In this document: positions 18,115 through 27,250 of the stretch, one piece after another
How the letters are laid out: every line of letters starts with the position of its first letter
How positions within the stretch are numbered: the stretch's first letter is position 1
Assembly (NCBI GenBank): GCA_903896545.1
Contig: CAITYF010000159.1
Coordinates: 5,679-69,678, forward strand
DNA from: an uncultured Myxococcales bacterium
GTDB taxonomy: Bacteria > Myxococcota_A > UBA9042
Length of the DNA: 64,000 nucleotides
Direction: 5' to 3'
Notes under the pieces: generated by a model
The model's database searches: none
Seen by the model: the letters and a program-made list of their open reading frames with translations, nothing else
What the model was told of the DNA's origin: nothing
Position numbers and translations under genes: made by a program

Positions 18115-20742
18115 CTAGTGTTTGACCGTGGGCTTGACCGCGTCCGCTGGCTTCGCGGGCACGGGGACTTTGACGGGAACGATCGGCTTATTCGGGGCTG
18201 TCGCTTTGACTGGAACCGCCGCTTTGACTGGAACCGCCGCTTTGGCCGCAGCATTCGCCTTGACCGGCACGATGGGCTGGGCTGGCGCGGTTGGCTGTAC
18301 CGCGCCGCCTGGGCGGACCGGGCTTGCCGGTTTCTGGCCGTCCGCGGGCTTCGTCGGGTCAGCGGGCTTCACTTCTTCCGGCGGCGGCGTCGGCGGGCGC
18401 GCGTCGGCTACTTCGCTCATCCGCTTGAACGTCACCTTCACGGCGGTTCCCTTCGCGACGACTTCACCCGCAGCAGGCACTTGTTCGACGCCCACACCGC
18501 TTCCGCCTGCAGCCAAATCGAGCTTCGCGGTCGCCAAGCGCTCGCGCACAACTCGCATCGGCAGCCGCAGCACGTCGGGCACCCGCACCATGCCTTCAGC
18601 TACGGGCGTCGCGTCGATATCCGCGGGCTTCTGCGGGGTAACCGCCGCCATCAGCGTCGCCGCGGTCTTTTGAGCCAGCACTTTTCGCTCCGCGTCTTCC
18701 CGTTTGGCCTTCTCCGGATCGTTGCGATCCAGGTACGGCGCGCCCGGACTCGGCGGAACGCCCAGGTACGGCAGCGTGAACCGCGCGATTTCACGCACGA
18801 CCGGCGCCGCGACTATGCCGCCGTAGCGGGCGATCTTGCCGAGTTTCGGGTCGTACTTGGTCGGCGTGTCGATGGCCGCAAAGACCACCAGCCGTGGCTT
18901 TTCAACCGGCGTAACGGCGATGAAACTGCCGACCCAGTGCTTGTCGTCGTAGCCCACGCAGCCGGGCTTGCCTTCCACGTCAAACCACGCTTTTTTCTCG
19001 CGGTTGTAGCTGCACGCCTGCGCTGCCGTGCCGGTCTTGCCGCCAATCGAGTAGTTGGGCAGGCGCGCCGCCGTGCCCGTACCGCCCAAGCTCTGACCGT
19101 CGTACAGCGGGATGTTCTTGGGTTGGCAAACGGACGCCATTGCCTTCACGGTGTCCTGCGCCACGTCCGCGTCAAACACACGCACGTCGGTCTCGTTGGT
19201 GACGTATTTCTCAGTCTTGCCCGTCGCCGTCGTCAGCGCGCGGATCAGCTTGGGACGCCGGTACACACCGCCGTTCGCCAGCGCGCCGTACGCCGCAACG
19301 ATCTGCAACGGCGTGACGGCGATGCCCTGACCAAACGCGATATTGGCGAACTGGACGTTCGGCCACTTGTCCGCCGGCATGGCCAACTGCCCGCCGCCTT
19401 CACCGAGGATGCCGAGGTCGATCCGCCGACCAAAGCCAAGCTTGGTCAAGTAGTTCCCGAACGTCTGCTTCTGCATTCGCATGACGATCTTGGTCATCGC
19501 GATGTTGGACGACACCTGCAGGCACTGCCACCAGTTGCACTCGCCGTGCGGGTGGTCGTCCTTGATGATCTTGTCGCCGACCAAGACGGGCGAACCGATG
19601 CCGATGATCTCCGTCTTGCTCAGCTTCTTTTCCTGCAGCGCGGAGGCGACAGTGAAGACCTTGAACGTCGAGCCCGGTTCGTACTGGAATTCAACGCCGA
19701 TGTTGTGCAAGCCGCTGTTGGGCGCCGTGCCGATGTCGTTCGGGTTGAAGCCCGGATACTGCGCCAGCGCCAGCACTTCACCGCTCTGCACGTCCATCAC
19801 CACCGCGATGCCATGATGGGCTTCAAACTCGCGCACCGCCGCTTCCAGGTGGTGTTCGGCGACCGCCTGAACCTTCTCGTCGATGGTCAGCGTCAGGTTC
19901 TTGCCGCCAAACACGCTCGGATCCGGCGCGCCGTCGATGTAGAGCGGCGTCGCGCTGGAGTCCTTATACGACCACACTTCCACTTCCTGACCGCGCAGGA
20001 CCTTGTCAAACGAGGCTTCGATCGAGCCCGTCGTGTTGTCGCGGCCAACCAGCGGCCCCGCGAGCTCGTTGTTCGGGTAATACCGGATGAAGCGCGGCTC
20101 CAGCGTGACGCCCGGCAGCTCGCCGTCCGCGATCGCTTCCCGAATCCCCTGACTCTGCTTGTCGGTCAGCTTGTGCGCGAGGTAGGCGAACGAAATGCCT
20201 TTGTCCGTCGGCTTGCCGTCCTTGCCAACTTCATGGCGGTTCATCTGGTCGCGGATGTAGGTCTCTTCCTTGCCCGTTGCGCCGAGGATCTTGACGATCT
20301 TGTCGGTGATCTTCGTGCGAAACGCGATGCCTTCCGCGCTGTCAAAAGGCATCTGCGTCGGCGTCGTGGACACCTTCTTCTTGGCTTCCTTGATGAACGG
20401 CGGCAGCACCCAGCGCGGATTGGCCGAGACCGAATTCGCCGACAAGCTCGTCGCCAGCGTCACGCCATTGCGGTCCTCGATGTCGCCGCGCCGTGTCTCG
20501 ATCTTGTTCAGCTTCAGCAGGTTGCCCTTGGCGTACTTCTCCAGCGTCGCCTTGTTCACGACCGTCCAAACAGCCGCGCCGTAGGCAAACACCAGGTACA
20601 CGCCCAGCAGACCGACGACGAGTTGCACGCGGCGCTTGGCGCGATCCTGACGTGCCTGCGGCGTCGTGCCAGCGCGATCGATCAGCTGAAACAGCCGAGC
20701 GGGCAGCATCTTCCGGGGCAGATCGCGCACGTCCGTTGCCAT
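18115..20742 (-). CDS. ftsI: Division transpeptidase FtsI/PBP3 with PASTA domain and Pro/Ala/Val/Lys-rich tail
   Basis: RGDIEDRNG, R.YP, EPGSTFK (SxxK), SSN (SxN), GKTGT, PASTA-like VPDVLRLPM; start moved to the ATG at 20742. Confidence 0.95.
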   Translation of the reverse strand: MATDVRDLPRKMLPARLFQLIDRAGTTPQARQDRAKRRVQLVVGLLGVYLVFAYGAAVWTVVNKATLEKYAKGNLLKLNKIETRRGDIEDRNGVTLATSLSANSVSANPRWVLPPFIKEAKKKVSTTPTQMPFDSAEGIAFRTKITDKIVKILGATGKEETYIRDQMNRHEVGKDGKPTDKGISFAYLAHKLTDKQSQGIREAIADGELPGVTLEPRFIRYYPNNELAGPLVGRDNTTGSIEASFDKVLRGQEVEVWSYKDSSATPLYIDGAPDPSVFGGKNLTLTIDEKVQAVAEHHLEAAVREFEAHHGIAVVMDVQSGEVLALAQYPGFNPNDIGTAPNSGLHNIGVEFQYEPGSTFKVFTVASALQEKKLSKTEIIGIGSPVLVGDKIIKDDHPHGECNWWQCLQVSSNIAMTKIVMRMQKQTFGNYLTKLGFGRRIDLGILGEGGGQLAMPADKWPNVQFANIAFGQGIAVTPLQIVAAYGALANGGVYRRPKLIRALTTATGKTEKYVTNETDVRVFDADVAQDTVKAMASVCQPKNIPLYDGQSLGGTGTAARLPNYSIGGKTGTAAQACSYNREKKAWFDVEGKPGCVGYDDKHWVGSFIAVTPVEKPRLVVFAAIDTPTKYDPKLGKIARYGGIVAAPVVREIARFTLPYLGVPPSPGAPYLDRNDPEKAKREDAERKVLAQKTAATLMAAVTPQKPADIDATPVAEGMVRVPDVLRLPMRVVRERLATAKLDLAAGGSGVGVEQVPAAGEVVAKGTAVKVTFKRMSEVADARPPTPPPEEVKPADPTKPADGQKPASPVRPGGAVQPTAPAQPIVPVKANAAAKAAVPVKAAVPVKATAPNKPIVPVKVPVPAKPADAVKPTVKH
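18202..18244. repeat. 18-bp tandem repeat (about 2.4 copies) in the ftsI 3' tail
   Basis: CGCTTTGACTGGAACCGC twice plus CGCTTTG; encodes AAVPVK repeats on the minus strand. Confidence 0.85.
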
Positions 20743-21572
20743 CACAATCCCCCAACTTGGCGACTTTCGCTGCCGCCCATGCCTTGCCGTGTCCGGGCTT
20801 TGCAGCGCCGTCCCAGCATCGTGTCGCCGCCCAACTCGGCACATTTGCGAAATTCCGCGTCTGCTTCGGCCATTTGCCCGTCCGCCGAGAGCGCCTCGCC
20901 GCGCTGCATGTGCAGGTCTGCGTAGGTCGGGCAACGGGTCGTCGCCTCCGTCATCTGTTCGACGGCACCCTTGAAGTCGCGCTGTTCCATCGCCAGAAGG
21001 CCCAAGTTGCGGTAGCCGTTGCAGAATTTCGGGTTCAAGAACACCGCGAGTTTCAGGTTCTTGTCGGCCAGCCGCAGGTCGCCCAACCGCAGGTACGCCC
21101 AGCCCAAGTTGTTGTAAACGAGGTAGTGCGTCGTGTAGGTCGGCTCTTTCAAGAGCGGTTCCAGCGTCGCAATCGCGTCCGCCCAGCGCTCCAACTCCAG
21201 GTAGGTCACGCCCAGATGGTTCCGCGCGGGATAGAACTTGGGGCGACTCGCCAGCGCGCGCTTGAAGCTCTCGGCGGCTTCTTCGAGCTGCTTGCGACCA
21301 AACTGAATGAAACCGTAGAGGTAGTTGGAGTCCGCGTGGTCGGCGTCCACTTCCAGCGCTGCCACCAGCTCGCGGATCGACAGGTCGATGTTCTTGGACT
21401 CAAAGTAGCCCGCGGCCAGCTTGTAGTGAAACTCTGCCTTGTCCTCGCGCGCTTTGCGCTCCACTTCCGCCGACGAACAACCCGCCAGGCCCGTCACACC
21501 CAACGCGCACGTCGCCAGCACTGCCAAAAGCAGCCAGCGGGGGCGATGGGGGATGGTGCGCAGGGACAACAT
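20742..21572 (-). CDS. TPR lipoprotein, Tgl/PilF(PilW)-like type IV pilus pilotin
   Basis: Lipobox LAGC, tandem TPRs and Tgl-like segments (TYTTHYLVYNNLGWAY, NPKFCNGYRNLG, CPTYAD, C-terminal Cys pair). Confidence 0.75.
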   Translation of the reverse strand: MLSLRTIPHRPRWLLLAVLATCALGVTGLAGCSSAEVERKAREDKAEFHYKLAAGYFESKNIDLSIRELVAALEVDADHADSNYLYGFIQFGRKQLEEAAESFKRALASRPKFYPARNHLGVTYLELERWADAIATLEPLLKEPTYTTHYLVYNNLGWAYLRLGDLRLADKNLKLAVFLNPKFCNGYRNLGLLAMEQRDFKGAVEQMTEATTRCPTYADLHMQRGEALSADGQMAEADAEFRKCAELGGDTMLGRRCKARTRQGMGGSESRQVGGL

Positions 21573-21574
21573 GG

Positions 21575-21982
21575 TTACTCGACTTCTACTTGTTCATCGG
21601 CGCCGGGAACGCGCATGTGGTAGACCTCATTGGCCTCTTTGCGCAGTTCGTTGGGATTCTTCAGACCTGTCAGGTTCGCTTCCGCGTGGCGGTTCGCCTC
21701 GATCTGTTCGCGCAGCGCGTCGTTGGCGCGCACCAACTCGTACGCCGTGCGGATGCCCGACGACGAGCGCCGAACTTGCAGCACGCCAAGCGTTGCAATC
21801 ACCATCGCGAGGCCAAGAATCACGATCACGCGCCCCCAAAAGAACCGCTCGGAACGCTCGGAGCGCTCCGCGTCGGAGATCGGCCGCCGCTGCCACCACT
21901 GCGTCAGGCGCTGGCCATCCAGCGCGTGATCCAAGGTCTGGCTGCTGGCATGGGCTGGTTTGTCGTGTCGCTCGTTCATCAT
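21575..21982 (-). CDS. ftsL: FtsL-like cell division protein (start uncertain; GTG at 22030 possible)
   Basis: Single TM followed by a coiled coil (YELVRANDALREQIEANRHAEANL...ELRKEANEVYHMRVP); canonical position after rsmH. Confidence 0.7.
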   Translation of the reverse strand: MMNERHDKPAHASSQTLDHALDGQRLTQWWQRRPISDAERSERSERFFWGRVIVILGLAMVIATLGVLQVRRSSSGIRTAYELVRANDALREQIEANRHAEANLTGLKNPNELRKEANEVYHMRVPGADEQVEVE

Positions 21983-22032
21983 GCAATCTCTCTGCGTGCG
22001 CTGCCCTTCACTCTGCCTTTTGGTCTTCACCG

Positions 22033-22101
22033 GTTGACATAACCAGTTGACACTGAAGGCCGTTATGCGACGTCCCCGGGCGTGGTCAACTATTTGTCAA
22101 C
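22033..22101. promoter_or_regulatory. Four GTTGAC half-sites in an inverted pair-of-pairs arrangement upstream of ftsL; possible internal promoter/operator
   Basis: GTTGAC at 22033 and 22046, GTCAAC at 22085 and 22096; minus-strand TTGACC-N16-CATAAC. Confidence 0.45.
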
Positions 22102-22125
22102 TTTTTCGCAACACCGCTTCTCCAC

Positions 22126-23130
22126 TTAGGAATTTTCGTCCTCATCTTCCACGTCCATCGCCGCGTCCGCCCCTCTGCGCCAGAGCGCCCGAAGCCGGGC
22201 ACTGCGGGCGCGCGGGTTGTCCCGCACTTCTTCGTCCTCGGCCGCGCGTGGCTTGCCGCGCATGAATTCGCCATACTTCTTAGGCGCTTGAGCGCGCATC
22301 ATCTGCTTGACCAGTCGATCTTCACCGGAATGGAAACTGATGACCGCCAGCACGCCGCCGTCTTGCAGCAGCCCGGGCGCGTCGCGCAAAAGCGCTTCCA
22401 GTTCATCGAGTTCGCCGTTCACCCAGATCCGCAACGCTTGGAACACCAGCGTTGCCGGGTGCACGTTGCGGTCGCGTGGCAGGCGCGCAGCCAACCGTTG
22501 CGCGAGCTTGGCTGTCGTGTCGGCGCCTTCCTGCACCGACTGGAGCACGATGCGCGCGGTGCCAATGGAGCGCCGAATGTCGCCGTACTCGTAGAGCACG
22601 TCCGCAAGGTCTTCCAGAGTCACCGCTTCCAGCCGTTGCGCCAGCGTCAGGCCGGTCGACGTGTCCATTCGCATGTCCAGCGGCCCTTCGTGGCGCAGGG
22701 AAAACCCGCGTTCCGCCGTGTCAAACTGGTGCGAAGAGACGCCCAGATCCGCGATAATCGCAGTCACGTCGTGCACCTGCAGATCGCGAAGCACCTTCGC
22801 CACTTGGCCAAACGGCGTGTGGACGGCGCGGAATCGGTCGCCAAACGGCGTCAAGCGAGTTGTCGCTGCCGCAATCGCGCTCAAGTCGCGGTCCAGACCG
22901 ATGACCCGCGCATGGGGCAGCGCGTTCAGGATTGCCTCCGAATGACCACCGCCACCCAACGTGCAATCGACGATCAGCGCGTCTTGCCGACCCGCCGCGG
23001 CCTTCACCACCGCTTCGGTTACCGCATCGCGCAGCACGGTGACGTGCTGAAAAGCGGCACTTTCCGAGGACGAAGTTGTCAAATCAGCCTCAGATTGCCC
23101 ACGCCCAGCGGGCAATCGCGTCTCACTCAC
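22126..23130 (-). CDS. rsmH: 16S rRNA C1402 N4-methyltransferase RsmH/MraW
   Basis: DCTLGGGGHS, DLGVSSHQFD, GPLDMRMD, FQALRIWVN, ISFHSGEDR, NPRARSA. Confidence 0.98.
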   Translation of the reverse strand: MSETRLPAGRGQSEADLTTSSSESAAFQHVTVLRDAVTEAVVKAAAGRQDALIVDCTLGGGGHSEAILNALPHARVIGLDRDLSAIAAATTRLTPFGDRFRAVHTPFGQVAKVLRDLQVHDVTAIIADLGVSSHQFDTAERGFSLRHEGPLDMRMDTSTGLTLAQRLEAVTLEDLADVLYEYGDIRRSIGTARIVLQSVQEGADTTAKLAQRLAARLPRDRNVHPATLVFQALRIWVNGELDELEALLRDAPGLLQDGGVLAVISFHSGEDRLVKQMMRAQAPKKYGEFMRGKPRAAEDEEVRDNPRARSARLRALWRRGADAAMDVEDEDENS

Positions 23131-23597
23131 AGCCCCAGCTCCGCCAGCGCCTGATTCCAGGTGCCGAGCGACTCGCCGGTCATTGCGTTCTCGATGTCGC
23201 GCTGCGTCGCCGCCCAGTTTTCACCGGACCAGACTTCAAACCGGCGCACTTGGCCGATCAGCACGACTTCTTCTTTTGCCGCGACGCCTGCCCACGCCCG
23301 CAGCGCGGGAGCCAGCACGATGCGACCGTGGCTATCCGGTTCCACCGCCTGCGCGCTGGCAAACTGGAAGTGCAGCAGCTTCTGCACCGCCGGTTCCGAC
23401 GACGGCAGGCTCATCACTTTGTCTTCCCGCGCTTCCCAGTCGCGCGCCGTGTACGCCTGCAGGCAGCGGTGCAAAGTCGACTTGGCCAACACCAAACGCG
23501 AATCACCATTCTGCTCAAGCAGTTGGCGAAAGCTGGACGGAATGCTCAAGCGGCATTTGTCGTCCACGCGCTGGTTGTGTTCGCCGCGAAATCGCAT
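23127..23597 (-). CDS. mraZ: Transcriptional regulator MraZ
   Basis: FRGEHNQRVDDKCRLSIP, DSHGRIVL, FEVW; first gene of the dcw cluster. Confidence 0.96.
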   Translation of the reverse strand: MRFRGEHNQRVDDKCRLSIPSSFRQLLEQNGDSRLVLAKSTLHRCLQAYTARDWEAREDKVMSLPSSEPAVQKLLHFQFASAQAVEPDSHGRIVLAPALRAWAGVAAKEEVVLIGQVRRFEVWSGENWAATQRDIENAMTGESLGTWNQALAELGL

Positions 23598-23720
23598 GTG
23601 CCTTCAGTCGGTTGGGCGCTGTTCGCCAGGATCGTTTCGTTCTCTTGCGGGGCAACGGTGAAGCAGCTTTTTGGACCGTTTGCGGATCCTGTTGGACCCT
23701 GCAGTCCCGGACCAGTAGCG

Positions 23721-23787
23721 CCCGCTACGATCCGCTTCATCCCATTTCCTCCCACCGAGAGTAGTTGCCCGCGCGCGTTTGTGTCAA
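23721..23787 (-). promoter_or_regulatory. dcw promoter with MraZ-binding direct repeats
   Basis: Minus strand: TTGACA (23787-23782), N18, TACTCT, then GTGGG/ATGGG/GCGGA/GCGGG at 10-bp spacing (23755-23721), matching the known MraZ TGGG repeat pattern. Confidence 0.75.
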
Positions 23788-24030
23788 CGCTCAACCGCGA
23801 TCGGTGGCGGTTTTTGGCACTGAAAGTCCCGACTTGGGTGGGGAACCGCCGCAGCCAGCCGCGCCGGACGCCGGTCCGTCGCGATCGACCCAGCGATCGA
23901 AAACATCGCTTGCGTGATGCGATCTTGGCATCTATCTAAAACAACTAGTGAATCGCCAAAAAACATGATCACGCGCGGCAACAGTTGTGGCCACGGGCGC
24001 TCCCGCTACAATGCGCGTAGGAGGTGTCTG

Positions 24031-25329
24031 ATGCGCGGTGCCAAGTTCCTGAGCCAGAAAGTGTTGACGGTCCAAGTTCTCGCGGTGTGGCTGGCGGTGT
24101 GCGGTGTGACCGCGTGCGGCAGCAAGGCGACAGACAGCGACGCTTCCAGCACGACGGAAGACGGCGCGTCGTCCTTAGACGTCGCGAACGACGTTGCGAC
24201 AGGCGACCTACCCGGCCATGACGCGATCGCGGTGGACACGAGCAAGGTCGAGTTGAAAGACCTGTCGCCGGTGGTGAAGGTATTTGAGCAGGGCCAGCAG
24301 CTGGAATCCGCCATTCGCGCGGCCTTCATTCGCCCTCTGGACTGCACCGCGGCGGCACCGTGTCCGTTGGTCATTGTGGTGGGAGATTACGACACGCCCG
24401 CGTTCCCGACGTTCACGGATGCGGCCAAAAAGCTCGCCGCGATCAGTCACGTCAACGTGATCCTCCTCAACCCACCCGGCACCGGCGCGGGCGCGCAGCA
24501 CTCCAGCGGCACCAACGACTTTGGCGGCGTATGGCACACAACGACGGTCAAGGAAGTGTTCAAGCTGCAGTCGGTCGCGGCGGGCGTCGACAAGACCAAA
24601 GTCGGTTTCTTGACGATCGGCACGGGCATCGTTCCGGTTGCGGGCGCGTTCTACACGTTCCCCTCGGAGTTGGCAGCGGCAGCGTTCGTGATCGACGTGG
24701 AAGGTCCGGCTGACCGCTGCGCCATGAGCCAAGCGCCCGAAGACGACAAGAAGAACATCGGCCCTGGCGACGGCGCGGGGAGCAGCGACACGGCGTGCCA
24801 CTTCACCGTTGCGCCGCACTCGGTGCAGTATCCGCCCGCGCAAAACGGTCATCCCGCGAGCATCGTCTGCGCGCCCGGCGCGTGGCCGATCACGGAAACC
24901 GGCAAGGGCTGCGACGGCGACGGAAATGGCTGGTGGGTCGACCGCGAGCCGTACGGCAAGCTGCAGAAAGTCACCGCGCGCTACCAGCGCCTGCAGTTCA
25001 AGTACGACCACCGCCTCCCCAGCCACTGGTCCAGCCGCTTGGCGATGAAGGCGGTGGCCAACTCGCCCAGCAACTTCTTCATGCTGAACGACATGCCAGG
25101 CGCAAATGGCGCGCCGGGCTGCGGCACGATCAACGACGAAGACTGTGCGGCGCTGGAAAGCGGTGGGCAGTCCTGCTGGCTCTCCGGCGACTACGGCAAC
25201 GGCCTTCCGCCCGCGCCCTACGCGGAAGCCGACTTCCGGCCGATCTCGTGGGACGCGCTCTTCTCCGAAGTGCTCCCGGATTACGTTGCCCGCGTGCTCG
25301 ACACCAAGGGCTTCCCGAAGTGCAAGTGA
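24031..25329 (+). CDS. Hypothetical Cys-containing lipoprotein (possible alpha/beta-hydrolase-like fold)
   Basis: GGAGG RBS, lipobox VTAC, SSGTNDFGG and VIDVEGP segments. Confidence 0.7.
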   Translation: MRGAKFLSQKVLTVQVLAVWLAVCGVTACGSKATDSDASSTTEDGASSLDVANDVATGDLPGHDAIAVDTSKVELKDLSPVVKVFEQGQQLESAIRAAFIRPLDCTAAAPCPLVIVVGDYDTPAFPTFTDAAKKLAAISHVNVILLNPPGTGAGAQHSSGTNDFGGVWHTTTVKEVFKLQSVAAGVDKTKVGFLTIGTGIVPVAGAFYTFPSELAAAAFVIDVEGPADRCAMSQAPEDDKKNIGPGDGAGSSDTACHFTVAPHSVQYPPAQNGHPASIVCAPGAWPITETGKGCDGDGNGWWVDREPYGKLQKVTARYQRLQFKYDHRLPSHWSSRLAMKAVANSPSNFFMLNDMPGANGAPGCGTINDEDCAALESGGQSCWLSGDYGNGLPPAPYAEADFRPISWDALFSEVLPDYVARVLDTKGFPKCK

Positions 25330-26213
25330 CCGCGCACCCCGCAATTCGCAGCGCCGCGACCGTGGTGCTGCTGCGCGACACGCCAGCGGGGCCCGAGACG
25401 TTTTTGGTGCGGCGTCACGGGCAAAGCGGCTTCATGGCCGGCGCGACGGTGTTTCCCGGCGGCAAGTTGGATGACGCTGATCACCTCGCGCAAACGCAAG
25501 GGCGGACGTCCCAGCAGTGCGCCGAGGTGCTCGGACTGACCGACCCCGAGTTGGCCTGGCGCATTCACGTCGCCGCGATCCGCGAATTGCATGAAGAGGC
25601 GCACGTACTGCTCGCGCGGGATGTCCAAGGTCGACTTGTCGACGCGTCTGTGGTCGCACAGATCGATGCGGCGCTGGCCGACGCACACGAAGGCCACCAA
25701 CTGCCGGCGGGCAAGTGGCATGAAGCGCTGCTCGAAGCCGACCTGTTCTTGGCGCTGGACCTGCTGGTGCCGTTTGCCCACTGGCTGACGCCGCGCGCGG
25801 AGCCTCGGCGGTTTGACACGTGGTTCTTCGCCGCGGTCCAGCCGTCCGACCAGCAAGCAGCGCTCGATCCGCACGAATCGAGCGACGCGTTTTGGCGGAC
25901 GCCGTCCGAAACATTGCGCGAACACGACGCCGGTGGCGCGATCCTGCTGCCGCCGCCGACGCTCCACACGGTGCTGCAGATGACCGCGCTGGGTCCCGAC
26001 GTGGCGTCGGTCATCGCTGGTTTGGCGCAGGGCGGCGTTGGTCCGTGTGTGGAACCGCATTTCGAGATTGCGACGCCGGAAGGTCCCGCGATCATCCTGC
26101 CCGAAGACGAAGGTCACCCCGAACACGCGGCGTGGCGCAAAGAAACGGGATTGCCGCCGCAGCGCAGTCGATTTCTGCTTCGCGAAGGTCGATTTTCACT
26201 GATTCGATCGTGA
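25326..26213 (+). CDS. NUDIX hydrolase (NUDT19-like)
   Basis: AATVVLLRD, FPGGKLD, AAIRELHEEA Nudix box, WLTP..EPRRFDTWFF, LPPPT; GTG start overlaps the upstream stop. Confidence 0.9.
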   Translation: MTAHPAIRSAATVVLLRDTPAGPETFLVRRHGQSGFMAGATVFPGGKLDDADHLAQTQGRTSQQCAEVLGLTDPELAWRIHVAAIRELHEEAHVLLARDVQGRLVDASVVAQIDAALADAHEGHQLPAGKWHEALLEADLFLALDLLVPFAHWLTPRAEPRRFDTWFFAAVQPSDQQAALDPHESSDAFWRTPSETLREHDAGGAILLPPPTLHTVLQMTALGPDVASVIAGLAQGGVGPCVEPHFEIATPEGPAIILPEDEGHPEHAAWRKETGLPPQRSRFLLREGRFSLIRS

Positions 26214-26341
26214 CTGCACGCCTGACGGCATTTCGACAGCAGACGTCGTCGACGTGCCGCGTGCCACCAGCGGTGCGAGCGCCGTCCAGTCCAAGGCGGA
26301 AACAGGCTTGAGCCACAGGCGTTGGAGACACGTCTTTCTGG

Positions 26342-27082
26342 TCAGAAGCGCCAGCCGACGTTGACGCGGCCAAGCGCGCCGGTCAGCGGTGCTGAGCCTG
26401 CCACGGGCCACCAAGTCGTCGCGCCGATGTTGCCGTGCACGTAGAGCGCGCCGAACTGCGTGTGCAAACTGGGCCCGGCCAAGAGCCGCGCGCCACCTTC
26501 GGACTCGCTGGGGTCCCAGATCGCCTCCAGATCCTCGCCGACCGCTTCGAGGCCGATCGACGTCTGCGCGCTGACCTGCCATGCGGCGGCTGCGCCCAGG
26601 ATCATGTCCAAACCGTCGCGCTTGCGGGAAATTGGCGCTTCCAGATTGCCCGACACCTGCGTGTGCAAACGTCCCCAACTGCGGCCGACCAGCACGCGCG
26701 CCCGCGGCACGAACACGCCAGTCACGTCGCGGTAGCCGCCCAGCGCGATCTGGAGCGACACGCCAACCGATTTTTGCGTCAGTACGCGCTGGATCACTTC
26801 CGCGCCGATCGCGCCCGCGCGGAGGTCGGTGGCGTCTGGCTGCCAGACCGCGCCGCCAAAAGCTTCCAGCGTCGTCCCGTCCAGAATCTGGTGCCGCACG
26901 CGCACGCCTTGCTCGATTCCACGACCACCCAACGGCCGCAGTTCACGCGTGCCCAGCGTCGTCTGCGATTCCACGGCCGTCCGTTGTTCGCCTTCCAAGC
27001 CGCCCTGCTGGTAGACGTAGGGTGTCTCCGCGACCGCTTGGCTCGCGAGCAACATCCCCGCCATGACAACTGCCCAGCGCAT
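26342..27082 (-). CDS. Hypothetical exported protein, probable outer-membrane beta-barrel
   Basis: Signal peptide (ASQAVA), alternating beta-strand pattern, C-terminal aromatic (VNVGWRF). Confidence 0.65.
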   Translation of the reverse strand: MRWAVVMAGMLLASQAVAETPYVYQQGGLEGEQRTAVESQTTLGTRELRPLGGRGIEQGVRVRHQILDGTTLEAFGGAVWQPDATDLRAGAIGAEVIQRVLTQKSVGVSLQIALGGYRDVTGVFVPRARVLVGRSWGRLHTQVSGNLEAPISRKRDGLDMILGAAAAWQVSAQTSIGLEAVGEDLEAIWDPSESEGGARLLAGPSLHTQFGALYVHGNIGATTWWPVAGSAPLTGALGRVNVGWRF

Positions 27083-27137
27083 CGACCCTCCGCACAACAG
27101 ACTAGGCGTCGTGTCGGTCATTGGTCAATTGCCAATC

Positions 27138-27186
27138 GCCACAGGGACGCGGCGATTGGGCAACAAACCCGCGATGAGATTGCCAC
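27138..27186 (+). promoter_or_regulatory. 11-bp-period repeats (PHO-box-like) upstream of the phosphoesterase operon
   Basis: GCCAC/GCGGC/GCAAC/GCGAT/GCCAC at 27138, 27149, 27160, 27171 and 27182; degenerate. Confidence 0.35.
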
Positions 27187-27250
27187 GCGCACGAGTCCGC
27201 CGTACCGTAGCGCGCGTTGGGCGCCTTGGGGGCACCGGTTCGGGGGAAAC

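Noticed and set aside
17206-20925. 1239-aa ORF on the + strand
   Set aside because: Antisense shadow of murE/ftsI with no protein-like features.
23721-23755. 10-bp-period repeats upstream of mraZ as a novel element
   Set aside because: They match the established MraZ operator pattern, so they are listed as a feature only.
26214-26341. Intergenic gap between convergent NUDIX and barrel genes as a possible ncRNA
   Set aside because: I could not recognise a convincing stable structure, tRNA fold or known RNA motif.
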